Of a stretch of 64,000 nucleotides of DNA, positions 1 through 8,899 are shown piece after piece; within the stretch, counting starts at the first letter, position 1, and every line of letters begins with the position of its first letter. The notes below the pieces were generated by a model. It was not told the origin of the DNA. It ran no database searches and was given only the letters and a program-made list of their open reading frames with translations. Position numbers and translations under genes: made by a program. The DNA lies in contig CAWHQC010000009.1 of NCBI GenBank assembly GCA_963831425.1, positions 4,184 to 68,183 of the forward strand. The letters run 5' to 3'. The stretch comes from an uncultured Gemmatimonadales bacterium. GTDB taxonomy: Bacteria > Gemmatimonadota > Gemmatimonadetes > Gemmatimonadales > GWC2-71-9.

Positions 1-2
1 AC

Positions 3-221
3 GCTGAATCCGACCAGGTTGGCGCAGCGCGGGACTCGACTGCCGCCACGTCCGACTCGGCCAGCCCTAACCAGACGAAATCCGGCGTGACCGACACGAA
101 GACCGGTAAGTCGACGCTCGGTCCGAAGGTCACCCAGACGCGCCCCGATCAGGGCCAGCCGGTGACGTCCAAAGGCGATACGATCAATCCGGGAGTCGAC
201 AGCTCTACGACGGCGAAGTAA
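3..221 (+). CDS. 3' end of a CDS that starts upstream of the window; low-complexity Ser/Thr/Lys/Pro-rich tail, function unknown
   Basis: Frame 3 is open from the window edge to TAA at 219-221 (...TKSGVTDTKTGKSTLGPKVTQTRPDQGQPVTSKGDTINPGVDSSTTAK*). There is no start inside the window, so it is absent from the ORF track. No family recognised. Confidence 0.3.
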   Translation, partial: AESDQVGAARDSTAATSDSASPNQTKSGVTDTKTGKSTLGPKVTQTRPDQGQPVTSKGDTINPGVDSSTTAK

Positions 222-244
222 CCGGAGGAGTTTGGCACACGAAC

Positions 245-270
245 GGGACGCGGACCCAGGTCCACGTCCC
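245..270. terminator. GC-rich hairpin between the convergent CDS tail and tRNA-Pro (possible bidirectional terminator)
   Basis: Outer stem GGGACG (245-250) / CGTCCC (265-270) with inner GGAC/GTCC pairs. No clear U-tract on either strand. Confidence 0.3.
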
Positions 271-301
271 GCTCGGCATTCTCGCTATCTCGATCGAACC
301 A

Positions 302-375
302 TCGGGGCGCCGGGATTCGAACCCGGGACCTCCTGCTCCCAAAGCAGGCGCGCTACCGGACTGCGCCACACCCCG
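302..375 (-). tRNA. tRNA-Pro (anticodon UGG)
   Basis: Hand-folded 74-nt cloverleaf: acceptor CGGGGTG/CGCCCCG, D stem GCGC/GCGC, anticodon stem CCTGC/GCAGG with loop TTTGGGA (UGG), T arm CCGGG-TTCGAAT-CCCGG, discriminator A. CCA is not encoded. Confidence 0.92.
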
Positions 376-423
376 AACGCGCTGAACAGTAACCCGGGGC
401 CGGTGGCCTCGCCACGCGGCGCC

Positions 424-1365
424 TCACTTCAGCCGTACGTGAGTGGGCGCGTACACCTCCAGGCTGGCGCCCGGTGCGGGCACGGGGTCCCCATTGGAGA
501 GCCGCAGGTCCATGCGCGTCTCTCCCACTCGGCCGATGACGTGCGGATGATTTCCCATGTCCACCACGCGCTCGACGCTGAGGGTGAAGCCCGGAGTCCC
601 GAGGCCGAGCCGGACAGCGCCGGGTGGAACGGCGATGAGATCACCATTGTAGGGGAGCACGGTGTAGCCCAGCAGCTCGGCCACGGTCCGGTCGGCCGGA
701 GAACGATAGACCATCGCCTTCGGCCCGGCGGCTCGGAGCACGCCGTTCACCAGGATCACCAGGTGATCGGCCAGGCGAAACGCCTCTTCGCGATCGTGGG
801 TGACGATGACTGTGGTAGTGGCGAAGGTGGCGAGGAGGCCCGGCAGGTCGTCGAGGAGGTGGAGCCGGGCGATGCGGTCGATGCCCGAGAGGGGCTCGTC
901 CAGCAGCGTCACCGGCGCGCGGAGCGCGAGAGCGCGCGCGAGGTTCACTCGCTGGGCTTCGCCGCTCGAGAGCTGCCGGGCGGTGCGGTCGAGCAGGGTG
1001 CCGATCCCGCACTCGCCCGCCACCTCGGCGATTCTTGCAGGCCGCTCGGCCGGGGAGACCCCCCGCAGCTCGAGTGCAAGCTCGAGATTACGCCGCACGC
1101 TGCCGCTGACGAAGATCGGCTCCTGGAACGCGAGCGCCGTGTTCGGCGGTCGCGCCTCGCCGGCGCGAGACTCGGCGTCGCCGATCAGAACCCGCCCGCG
1201 CGCCGGTCGGTCGAGACCGGCCACGACCCGGAGCAGCGTCGTCTTGCCGGCCCCGTTGGGCCCGAACACCGCCGTGGTGGTGCCGCTCGGGAAGGAGAGC
1301 GCGGAGACGTCGAGCACGTTCCGGCCCCCGCGCGTGACGAGGACCTGCTCCAGCGTCACGTCCAT
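424..1365 (-). CDS. tupC: ABC transporter ATP-binding protein, tungstate/molybdate-type, with a TOBE-like C-terminal tail
   Basis: 313-aa ORF with Walker A GPNGAGKTT, ABC signature LSSGEAQR and Walker B LLDEP. ATGA overlap with the permease stop at 1365. Confidence 0.8.
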   Translation of the reverse strand: MDVTLEQVLVTRGGRNVLDVSALSFPSGTTTAVFGPNGAGKTTLLRVVAGLDRPARGRVLIGDAESRAGEARPPNTALAFQEPIFVSGSVRRNLELALELRGVSPAERPARIAEVAGECGIGTLLDRTARQLSSGEAQRVNLARALALRAPVTLLDEPLSGIDRIARLHLLDDLPGLLATFATTTVIVTHDREEAFRLADHLVILVNGVLRAAGPKAMVYRSPADRTVAELLGYTVLPYNGDLIAVPPGAVRLGLGTPGFTLSVERVVDMGNHPHVIGRVGETRMDLRLSNGDPVPAPGASLEVYAPTHVRLK

Positions 1366-2060
1366 CAGCCTGCGCGACGCTGCTGCAGCGCGGTCAGCGC
1401 CAGATTGACCAGGAAGGCGAGCAGCAGCAGCACCAGCCCCAGCGCGAGCGCCACGGGGAGGTTGCCGCGGCTGGTCTCGGTCACTATCGCGGTGGTGAGC
1501 ACGCGGGTGCTGCCCCGCAGGTTGCCACCGACCGTCATCGAGGCGCCGACCTCCGAGACGATCGCGCCGAATCCCGCCATCACGGCCGCGAGCAGGCCGA
1601 GCTTGGCCTCACGGCTCAGGATCCACAGCGCGCGGAGCCGGTTGGCCCCGAGCGAGGTGAGCAGGTCGGGAAGCTGCGGGGGCAGTGCCTGGACCGAGGC
1701 GGAGGTGAAGCCGATCACCAGCGGCGTCGCGATGAGGAACTGCGCCAGGACCATCGCGCGCCGGGTGTAGATGAGGCCGAGCCCGCCGAACGGACCGCTT
1801 CGAGTGAGGAGCAGCCACACGACCAGTCCGACCACCACGGGTGGCATGCCCATGCCCGTATTCACGAGGGCGAGCAGGAACGTCCTGCCACGGAACCGAC
1901 CGCGGGCAATCGCATAGCCCAGCGGCACGCCGGCCACCATCGCCAGCAGGGTAGCCGCGCCGGAGATGGCGAGGGTCCGCAGGATGATCGACCACAGCTC
2001 AGGATCGCCCCGGCCGAGGAGGCGCAGGGCTTCAGCGAACCCCTGCGCCAGATCGCTCAC
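1365..2060 (-). CDS. tupB: ABC transporter permease (tungstate/molybdate-type)
   Basis: 231-aa hydrophobic ORF with a binding-protein-dependent transport inner-membrane-component-like core. It sits between the binding protein and the ATPase with overlapping junctions. Confidence 0.8.
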   Translation of the reverse strand: MSDLAQGFAEALRLLGRGDPELWSIILRTLAISGAATLLAMVAGVPLGYAIARGRFRGRTFLLALVNTGMGMPPVVVGLVVWLLLTRSGPFGGLGLIYTRRAMVLAQFLIATPLVIGFTSASVQALPPQLPDLLTSLGANRLRALWILSREAKLGLLAAVMAGFGAIVSEVGASMTVGGNLRGSTRVLTTAIVTETSRGNLPVALALGLVLLLLAFLVNLALTALQQRRAG

Positions 2061-2913
2061 GGGAGCTCCCGGGCCGGCCGAGATTCGCTTCGTCCTTCCC
2101 CGCGTCGGGGTAGAACAGCGGCTGTCCGAAACGGGCCCGGCCGAAAGCGCCGATGAGGCGCTGGGTGGACGGCGCGATCATGAAGGCGACGAACGCTCGC
2201 GCCTCCCGGAGGCGGACCGCCGGATGCTTCGTCGGGCTCACCACATACGCGTGGTAGATGTTCAGGAGCGAGGGCGCACCCTCGACCAGTGGCACCAGGG
2301 TCAGGCGGTCTCCAAGCGCGAGAAACGTCGCCCGGTCGGTGAGCGTATAGGCCTGCCGCTGCTCGGCCACGAGCAGCGTCGCGCCCATCCCCTGCCCGGT
2401 TTCCTCGCGGCGCGGGATGCTCTTCGGATAGATTCCTGCCAGCTTCCAGAGCTCCAGCTCCTTCTTCTCCGTACCCGAGGCGTCACCCCGGGAAATGAAC
2501 GGGCTGCTGCGGGCGATCCGGGCGAGCGCCTGGGCGGGGTCCGTGAGACCGCGGATGCCGGCCGGGTCGGCCTCGGGGCCGACGAGCAGGAAGTCGTTGT
2601 GCATCACCAGCCGGCCCTCGACCAGATCGCCGGAAGCGACATACTCGCGCTCGCTGGCCGGGGCGTGGACGAGCACGGCGTCGGCGTCGCCGCGTCGGGC
2701 CATCTCGAGCGCGGCCCCGGTGCCGACGGCGATGACCTTGACGCGGACGCCCGACTGCTCCTGGAACACCGGCAGAATGGAGTCGAGCAGGCCGCTATCC
2801 TGGGTACTGGTGGTGGTGGCGAGGACGATGTCCCGCGGCTGCTGGGCAGCGGCCGGCAGCGGCGTATGCGTCCACAACAGGATTGCCGCGAGCGCGGGAA
2901 CGATGCGTTTCAT
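2032..2913 (-). CDS. tupA: Periplasmic tungstate-binding protein, TupA-like
   Basis: 293-aa ORF with a signal peptide (MKRIVPALAAILLW...AAAQ), then VLATTTSTQDSGLLDSILPVF, GTGAALEMARRGDADAVLVHA and FISRGDASGT. These motifs match my memory of TupA-family proteins. Confidence 0.75.
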   Translation of the reverse strand: MKRIVPALAAILLWTHTPLPAAAQQPRDIVLATTTSTQDSGLLDSILPVFQEQSGVRVKVIAVGTGAALEMARRGDADAVLVHAPASEREYVASGDLVEGRLVMHNDFLLVGPEADPAGIRGLTDPAQALARIARSSPFISRGDASGTEKKELELWKLAGIYPKSIPRREETGQGMGATLLVAEQRQAYTLTDRATFLALGDRLTLVPLVEGAPSLLNIYHAYVVSPTKHPAVRLREARAFVAFMIAPSTQRLIGAFGRARFGQPLFYPDAGKDEANLGRPGSSRERSGAGVR

Positions 2914-3857
2914 CAGTATTTCACCTGTGCCTGCGCGAGCAGCCTTCCCCGGCGAACGCCCGGATCTCCGACCCTCCGCGAGAGGAACTCGAGCGTGAAT
3001 CTGGTGGAGGGACCGAACGGGCGCACGTTGGCGCCCAGGCTCCAGGCGCGGATCTTCGACTGGTCGGAGACGCCGGGGCGCTCGAACTCCTCATACCGGC
3101 CGACGAGCTGGATCTCGGGCACCACGGCGGCCGCGCCGAGCAGATACCAGCCCCTGTCATCGGCGGTTCGGGCGAGGTCGCGGGACTGCCCGAGATATTC
3201 GCCGCGGGCGACGAACCGCTCATCGGCATACGCGGCCTCGGCACCATAGCGGGTGCTGTCGCCGAAGTAGCGCGCGCCGTTAAGGCCCAGGGTCAGGTGA
3301 GCCACGGGCCGCACCGCCACCCGCGCCACGCCGAGCACCGTCGAGTCGGCGTTGGAGGTGAGATTCGTCCCCTCGCCGTTGAAGAGGCCGGCGTCGACCG
3401 TAACCATCCTGCCGGCCGCGTACTCCCCCATGAGTCCGATGTCCCGCTTGGGCGCGAGCGAGTCCACGACCGCGGCCCGGTCGGCAGTCTCGACGTCGGC
3501 GAGTGACGTGATGTACTCTCCGGCGAACGGCGTCTTGAACTGTCCGGCCTGCACGGCCCACTGTGGGCGGGCAAACTTGACGTATGCGTCCGTGAGACTG
3601 ACGCTGGCGCGGCCGGTCCCGACCGATCCGGTGCGAAACTCCCCCTGCAGGCGGTAGGTCACCGCCGGGGCTACGGTGCCCGCCGCGCCGAGGCGGGCCC
3701 GGTTGATCGAGGCGGTGAGGCCAATGTGTTCCTGCCAGGTCTCGCGCGCCTGCAGGTAGCCGCTGAGCCGGACGGTCGGCGCCTCGGCGGACTGGGCGGC
3801 GAGGGGCGCTACGGTGGTGAGCGCGAGCAGGGTCGAGCGGGCGGCGCGAGCCAGCAT
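2913..3857 (-). CDS. Outer-membrane porin, phosphate-selective porin O/P-like
   Basis: The ORF is trimmed to the internal ATG at 3855-3857, which gives the signal peptide MLARAARSTLLALTTVAPLAAQSAEA. It shows an alternating beta-strand pattern and ends ...AQAQVKY. ATGA overlap with the tupA start at 2913. Confidence 0.65.
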   Translation of the reverse strand: MLARAARSTLLALTTVAPLAAQSAEAPTVRLSGYLQARETWQEHIGLTASINRARLGAAGTVAPAVTYRLQGEFRTGSVGTGRASVSLTDAYVKFARPQWAVQAGQFKTPFAGEYITSLADVETADRAAVVDSLAPKRDIGLMGEYAAGRMVTVDAGLFNGEGTNLTSNADSTVLGVARVAVRPVAHLTLGLNGARYFGDSTRYGAEAAYADERFVARGEYLGQSRDLARTADDRGWYLLGAAAVVPEIQLVGRYEEFERPGVSDQSKIRAWSLGANVRPFGPSTRFTLEFLSRRVGDPGVRRGRLLAQAQVKY

Positions 3858-3915
3858 GCGCACCTCGGCTGGGGAGATTGCCGGCGGCAACGCTCCCAAC
3901 CTATGGGCGTCCGCC

Positions 3916-3941
3916 CCGATAGGCAACAAGTTGCCTATCGG
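3916..3941. promoter_or_regulatory. Perfect 12-bp-arm palindrome, candidate operator for the adjacent ModE-type regulator upstream of the porin-tup operon
   Basis: CCGATAGGCAAC-AA-GTTGCCTATCGG lies 59 nt upstream of the porin start and overlaps the regulator stop codon (3935-3937). Confidence 0.4.
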
Positions 3942-4300
3942 CCGAGGTAGCGCGCGAACGATTCCCGGGTGAATGCTGTCACGGCTTTCTGCCAGCGCTC
4001 GAACCCCACGACGAGGCGGCGGGCCTCCGGGCTGAGCCGGGAGCCGCCGTGGGCGCTGCCGCCGCGCGCGGTGAGCAGCACCGGACGGCCGAGGGCGCGC
4101 TCCATGCGCCGCACCCGGTTGAGGCAGGTGCGGTAGCTCCAGCCCACCGCCTTGCCCGCATCGCGGATGGTTCCGTATTCATCCACGGCGCGGAGGAACC
4201 GGAGGTAGTTGGGTCCCATCAGAAACAGGTTGTCGCAGAGCAGCCAGACCTTGAGCCGCGGGGCGAGTCGGGGCGAGGCGGGGGTGCGGGCGGAGGGCAT
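3935..4300 (-). CDS. ModE N-terminal-type winged-HTH regulator (no Mop/TOBE domains)
   Basis: 121-aa ORF. The segments GPNYLRFLRAVDEYGTIRDAGKAVGWSYRTCLNRVRRMERALGRPVLLTARGG...LSPEA match the ModE/LysR-type HTH N-domain pattern. Confidence 0.65.
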   Translation of the reverse strand: MPSARTPASPRLAPRLKVWLLCDNLFLMGPNYLRFLRAVDEYGTIRDAGKAVGWSYRTCLNRVRRMERALGRPVLLTARGGSAHGGSRLSPEARRLVVGFERWQKAVTAFTRESFARYLGR

Positions 4301-4318
4301 GTGGGCTGCTCCGGGGGC

Positions 4319-4936
4319 TCAGCGTGCTGCGCGCAACGCGCCGGCCAGCGCGCGGAGCGCGCGGCCTCGGTGACTGACGGCGTCCTTCTCGTCGGGGGTC
4401 GCCTCCGCGAAGGTGCGCCCGAGCTCATCGCTGAAGAAGAGCGGGTCATACCCGAAACCGCCGGAGCCCCGCGGCGCTTCGAGGATGCGACCGGTGCAGA
4501 TCCCTTCGAACACCTCGGGGACGGCGCCGACTTCGCGCAGCAGCACGACCACGCAGCGGTACCGCGCCCGCCGGCGCGCCTCGGCGGCCCCACGGAGCCG
4601 GCGGAGCAGTTCGGCGTTATTGGCGGCGTCAACCTGCGCCGGAGTGCCGCTCGCCCCGGCCCACCGGCGCGAGCGCACCCCCGGCGCGCCGCCCAGCGCG
4701 AAGACCTCGAGCCCGGAATCGTCGGCCAGCGTGGGGCGGCTGCTGAGGCGTGCGAAGTACTCGGCCTTGCGGCGGGCGTTCGCCTCAAAGGACTCGCCGA
4801 GCTCGAGTGCGTCCTCCGCGGGACTTTCCCAGAGCCCGATCTCGCCGGGGAACACCAGGTCGATCCCGGCGGGCTCGAGCAGGCGGCGGATCTCGGGCTC
4901 CTTCCCGGTGCTTCGGGTGGCGGCGAGCAGCTTCAC
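4319..4936 (-). CDS. rdgB: Non-canonical purine NTP pyrophosphatase (RdgB/HAM1 family)
   Basis: 205-aa ORF with FGYDPLFF and AVSHRGRAL motifs. GTGA overlap with the rph stop. Confidence 0.9.
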   Translation of the reverse strand: MKLLAATRSTGKEPEIRRLLEPAGIDLVFPGEIGLWESPAEDALELGESFEANARRKAEYFARLSSRPTLADDSGLEVFALGGAPGVRSRRWAGASGTPAQVDAANNAELLRRLRGAAEARRRARYRCVVVLLREVGAVPEVFEGICTGRILEAPRGSGGFGYDPLFFSDELGRTFAEATPDEKDAVSHRGRALRALAGALRAAR

Positions 4937-5643
4937 CAGTCGAGCACCCGCCGCTGGGCCGCGAAAAGCTCGGCGAGACCGCGCTCGGCCAGGTCGAGCA
5001 GCGCCTCGAGCTGGGTCCGCGAGAAGCTGTCATGCTCGCCGGTCCCCTGCACCTCGACGAACCGGGCGGGCTCGAGCATGACGATGTTGGCGTCCACGTG
5101 GGCGTCCCGGTCCTCGAGGTAGGCCAGATCGAGCCGCTCCTCGCCCTCGACCACCCCGACCGACACGGCGGCCACGAGCTGCCCGAAGGGCGACGGAATC
5201 CCGGTGCGCTCCGCCAGCCAAGCGCACGCGTCGGCCAGGGCCACGCAGCCCCCGGTGATGCCGGCGGTGCGGGTGCCGCCGTCGGCCTGAAGCACGTCGC
5301 AGTCGATCCGGATGGTGTGCTCGCCGAAGGCCATGGTGGCCATGGCGGCGCGGAGCGAGCGCCCGATGAGCCGCTGGATCTCCTGGGTCCGCCCACCCGG
5401 CCCGTTCCGCTCGCGGGAGGTGCGCTCGACGGTGGCGCGCGGAAGCATGGCGTATTCGGCCGTGACCCACCCTTCCCCACTCCCCTTCTTGAAGCCCGGC
5501 ACACCGGACTCGACCGAGGCGGTGCAGTGCACCAGCGTGCCGCCCATCCGGATCAGACAGGAACCCTCGGCGTAGGGATTCGCGCGGCGCTCGAGCACGA
5601 GCGGCCGAAGCTGGCTGTTGGCGCGGCCATCAGGACGGGGCAC
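4933..5643 (-). CDS. rph: Ribonuclease PH
   Basis: The ORF aligns by eye with E. coli RNase PH from [12 protein letters not shown] onward ([44 protein letters not shown]). I chose the GTG start at 5643; the ORF-track ATG at 5733 would overlap rfaE by about 100 nt. Confidence 0.9.
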   Translation of the reverse strand: MPRPDGRANSQLRPLVLERRANPYAEGSCLIRMGGTLVHCTASVESGVPGFKKGSGEGWVTAEYAMLPRATVERTSRERNGPGGRTQEIQRLIGRSLRAAMATMAFGEHTIRIDCDVLQADGGTRTAGITGGCVALADACAWLAERTGIPSPFGQLVAAVSVGVVEGEERLDLAYLEDRDAHVDANIVMLEPARFVEVQGTGEHDSFSRTQLEALLDLAERGLAELFAAQRRVLDW

Positions 5644-6115
5644 GGAGATGCTCCACGAGGGAGGTTGTTGAAAAGCCGGGGAGAACGGGTACGCGGACGA
5701 CGCGGCCGCCGCGGGCCTCGATCCAGTCCGCACCGACGATTTGCTCGCGCGGATAATCCGCGCCCTTGACGAGCACGTCGGGCTCGAGGGCCTGGATGAG
5801 CCGGAGCGGCGTGACGTCGTCGAAGATCACGACGCAATCGACCGCGGCGAGTGCGGCCAGCACCCGGGCGCGCGCGTCCTGCCCCGCCACCGGCCGGGCC
5901 GGCCCCTTGTCGAGCCGGCGCACGGAGTCGTCGCTGTTGAGACCGACCACGAGGGCATCACCTTCCCGCCGGGCGGCCTCGAGGAGTGCGACGTGGCCGG
6001 GGTGCAGCAGGTCGAACACTCCATTGGTGAACACCAGACGGCCGCGCTGTCCGGCGCGCCAGGCGACCGCCTCGTCAAGAGCGCGGACCTTGGTCGCGCT
6101 GCCGGACGAGGTCAT
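5630..6115 (-). CDS. rfaE: D-glycero-beta-D-manno-heptose-1-phosphate adenylyltransferase-like cytidylyltransferase (RfaE domain II type)
   Basis: 161-aa ORF containing [23 protein letters not shown]...[11 protein letters not shown], the nucleotidyltransferase HxGH motif. Confidence 0.8.
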   Translation of the reverse strand: MTSSGSATKVRALDEAVAWRAGQRGRLVFTNGVFDLLHPGHVALLEAARREGDALVVGLNSDDSVRRLDKGPARPVAGQDARARVLAALAAVDCVVIFDDVTPLRLIQALEPDVLVKGADYPREQIVGADWIEARGGRVVRVPVLPGFSTTSLVEHLRAPS

Positions 6116-7344
6116 TGCCCGCCGGCTCCGGTCGAGCCGAACAGCGCCTTCAACCAGGGCGGTGCGACGAACGTGGTGACCATCACCATGACGAGCACGG
6201 CGCCAAAGACCGACTCGCTGAGGATTCCCGTGCGGAGCCCGATATCGGCGAAGATCAGACCGACCTCTCCGCGCGGGACCATCCCGACACCCACGACGAG
6301 GCGGCGCATCGGCACCCAGGGCGCCGCCCAGCCGGCCACCAGCTTGCCGACGATGGCGATTACCACGAGCGCGCCGGCCACGAGGAGCGTGCCCCGTGCG
6401 GCGGGCGAGCTGGGGTCGAGCAGGCGGAGATCAACCGACCCGCCGACGCTCACGAAGAAGATCGGCGTGAAGATCGAGGCGATGGGCCGCACCTCGTGCT
6501 CGATGGTGTCGAACTGATTGGTGCCGGAGAGGATGATCCCCGCGGCGAAAGCGCCGATGATCAGGGCCGAGCCGGCCACGGCGGCAAGCGAGGAAAGCCC
6601 GAGCGCGAACGCGATGGCGAACACCGGCAGCACGTAGCGGACCCGCATCCGGACGATCAGGTCGAAGAGTCGCGGCACCAGGAACCGCCCCACGAGCACC
6701 GCCACGACCAGAAAGCCGACCGCCACCCCGAGCGTCCGCAGCACGCCAAGCGTCGTGATCGCGGCCCCGGCGGCGACGCCGGAGACGACGCTCAGGATCA
6801 CCAGCCCCAGCACGTCGTCGATCACCGCCGCTCCGATGATCACCCGCGCCTCCCGGGTCGTCATCCGCCCCAGGTCGGAGAGCACCCGGGCCGTGATGCC
6901 GACGGAGGTGGCCGTGAGCGTGGCGCCGACGAAGATGGCCGAGGTCGTGAGGTCGCCCTCTCCGGTGGCGGGATGGGGGAGGTATGCCCAGTACCCGAAG
7001 CCGAGTCCAAAGGGCACGACGACGCCCACCACCGCGACGGCGAGCGAGGCGGAGCCCACGCGGAACATCTCCCTGAGGTCGGTCTCGAGTCCGATCTCGA
7101 AGAGGAGGAGCAGCACTCCGAGCTCGGCGAGAAGGTGAATCAGCTCGCCCGGAACTCCGGCGTCGGGGACGACGCCGAGCACGCTCCCGCCGAGCACCAC
7201 GCCCGCGACGAGCTCGCCCAGGACCGCCGGCTGCCCCACGCGTTCGGCCAGCTCGCCCAGCAGCTTGGCGGCCACCAGGATCGTCGCAAGGGCGAGGAAG
7301 AAGCGCGGGATGTCCACCCCGCCCGACGCGGCGAGCGCGAGCAC
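6112..7344 (-). CDS. Cation:proton antiporter (CPA2 / Kef-type Na+/H+ exchanger family)
   Basis: 410-aa polytopic membrane ORF with a typical Na_H_exchanger-like helix pattern. ATGA overlap with the rfaE start. Confidence 0.8.
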   Translation of the reverse strand: MLALAASGGVDIPRFFLALATILVAAKLLGELAERVGQPAVLGELVAGVVLGGSVLGVVPDAGVPGELIHLLAELGVLLLLFEIGLETDLREMFRVGSASLAVAVVGVVVPFGLGFGYWAYLPHPATGEGDLTTSAIFVGATLTATSVGITARVLSDLGRMTTREARVIIGAAVIDDVLGLVILSVVSGVAAGAAITTLGVLRTLGVAVGFLVVAVLVGRFLVPRLFDLIVRMRVRYVLPVFAIAFALGLSSLAAVAGSALIIGAFAAGIILSGTNQFDTIEHEVRPIASIFTPIFFVSVGGSVDLRLLDPSSPAARGTLLVAGALVVIAIVGKLVAGWAAPWVPMRRLVVGVGMVPRGEVGLIFADIGLRTGILSESVFGAVLVMVMVTTFVAPPWLKALFGSTGAGGQ

Positions 7345-7345
7345 G

Positions 7346-7699
7346 TCAGAGCGGCGCCTCAGCGCGGGGATGCAGCATGAACGTGTGCTTGAAGAGCGGG
7401 AGATCGACGGTCTCGGCGTATCGGGTCTCGATGCTGATCTCGCCCCGGCCGCGTCGGATCTGGAAGTCGGGGGATTGGCCGAGGAGCGAGTCGGACTGGG
7501 CCAGCAGGTGGGTTTCGATAGCGTCGTCGGAGTTCTGGCCGGCGAAGCGCGCCTGCTCGCGCATGTCGTCGAGCAGCTCGTAATAGCGGAGATAAACGCC
7601 GCCGACGTGTACCCCGTAGTAGGCCACCCCCGCCAGCAGCGCGAGAGAGAGCAGGCAACCGAGGGCGCTGGCGCCCTGCCGGCGGCGGACGCTCACCAT
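7346..7699 (-). CDS. Hypothetical membrane-anchored protein
   Basis: 117-aa ORF with a single N-terminal TM helix (ALGCLLSLALLAGVAYYGV). Sensible composition, packed between neighbours. Confidence 0.55.
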   Translation of the reverse strand: MVSVRRRQGASALGCLLSLALLAGVAYYGVHVGGVYLRYYELLDDMREQARFAGQNSDDAIETHLLAQSDSLLGQSPDFQIRRGRGEISIETRYAETVDLPLFKHTFMLHPRAEAPL

Positions 7700-8229
7700 T
7701 GCGATTGCGCTCCTTCCACGATGTTGGTGACGAGCTTGTCGAGGGCCTTGTTGCGGCCGTCCAGCTCCTGTCCCGGGTCGTATTCGCCCTCCAGCACCAG
7801 TCCGCTCCGCTGCCAGAGCGGCTTGCCCTGCTTCTGGTCCATGATCTCGACCGACACGGTGATCTGGACCAGCCGCCGGGTGACGCTCACCGCCTGGCCT
7901 TCCCCGCCGCTGTACTGGACGGGGAGGTCGGGCTCGTAACGGACGATCGTACCCCGCACCAGCGCGTCGGCCTGGGTCTCGGAGGCCTGGCGGAGTCCGA
8001 GGCGGCTCTCGACCGCATCGCGCACGCGATCGGAGACTTCCTTGGTGAGCGTGGGCTCCGCGGTCTGGTTATCGAAGGGAAGCAGCGCCACCGTTTTGAT
8101 CGTCGGCGGGAGGCCGCCGCCGGCAAAGCCGTACAGGCACCCGGCGAGGCCGACTCCCGCGAGGAGCGGAGCGAGCACTCGGCGGCCGGGCACCCTACGG
8201 CCGGCGATCGGTCCAGAGATCAGGCGCAA
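7693..8229 (-). CDS. Lipoprotein, LptE-like (LPS-assembly lipoprotein family, tentative)
   Basis: 178-aa ORF with lipobox LAGC followed by GGGLPPTIKTVALLPFDNQT. Size and pattern resemble LptE. Confidence 0.55.
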   Translation of the reverse strand: MRLISGPIAGRRVPGRRVLAPLLAGVGLAGCLYGFAGGGLPPTIKTVALLPFDNQTAEPTLTKEVSDRVRDAVESRLGLRQASETQADALVRGTIVRYEPDLPVQYSGGEGQAVSVTRRLVQITVSVEIMDQKQGKPLWQRSGLVLEGEYDPGQELDGRNKALDKLVTNIVEGAQSQW

Positions 8230-8899
8230 AGGTGGCCCGGGCGGTGGAGAGAAAGGTCAGATCGAGCTTGGCCGGCACGCTGGGCACGACGAGTCGAGCG
8301 CGGAGCGGCGCACCGGTGCTGTCGAGCGTGGTCTCCGCGCGGCCGACGACCTCGCCGGCGTGGCGCACCTCCGCGACCAGCCTGTGCGGCTGGTCCCTCG
8401 TCAGAACGTAGTTCACGGTGTCGGTGGCACCGGCGTACTGCCACGCGGTCACGGCGCGCTCACTTGCGCCCCGGAGCGCGGCCCCGTCGTCGGGGAGCCG
8501 GGCAATCCCGAACATCGCCCACATGAGAAAGTAGTTGGGCACCAGTTTCCTGACCGCGTCCGGAGGCTCGGCCCAGAGCGGGGTCTCTCCGATGACGACC
8601 GCGGCCGCCGGATTCGAGCCGAACGGCCCCGCGGCATCGAAACGCAGCGAATCGGGCGGGGCGATCCGCGCGCTGCCCCGTCCGCCAGCGCTGGAGCGCT
8701 CGTCCTGGAAGAGCCACTTGAAGCGATGCAGTCGGTGGTCCGGTGGTACGGTGGCCGCGACCCACCGGGCGACCTGCTCCCCGCTGGCGGGCGCCGCGCC
8801 GGCCGGCAGCACCGCGCCCGGGGCGCCGTGGCATCCGGCGAGCACGAGGGCAACATAGGCGGCGCGGATTCCACGGTCAACGAAAAGACGTTGCGGCAT
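8195..8899 (-). CDS. Hypothetical lipoprotein
   Basis: 234-aa ORF with lipobox VLAGC. No motif recognised. Its start abuts the stop of the 971-aa gene. Confidence 0.55.
   Translation of the reverse strand: MPQRLFVDRGIRAAYVALVLAGCHGAPGAVLPAGAAPASGEQVARWVAATVPPDHRLHRFKWLFQDERSSAGGRGSARIAPPDSLRFDAAGPFGSNPAAAVVIGETPLWAEPPDAVRKLVPNYFLMWAMFGIARLPDDGAALRGASERAVTAWQYAGATDTVNYVLTRDQPHRLVAEVRHAGEVVGRAETTLDSTGAPLRARLVVPSVPAKLDLTFLSTARATFAPDLWTDRRP

Noticed and set aside
302-375. tRNA-Pro and selC (16487-16584) as integration sites of a genomic island or prophage.
   Set aside because: There is no integrase, transposase or phage gene on either side, no direct repeat of the tRNA 3' end was seen, and the flanking genes are housekeeping.
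3858-3934. Molybdenum-cofactor riboswitch upstream of the porin-tup operon.
   Set aside because: Only ~77 nt of leader are available, which is much shorter than a Moco riboswitch, and I see no extended conserved-looking multi-stem structure apart from the palindrome.
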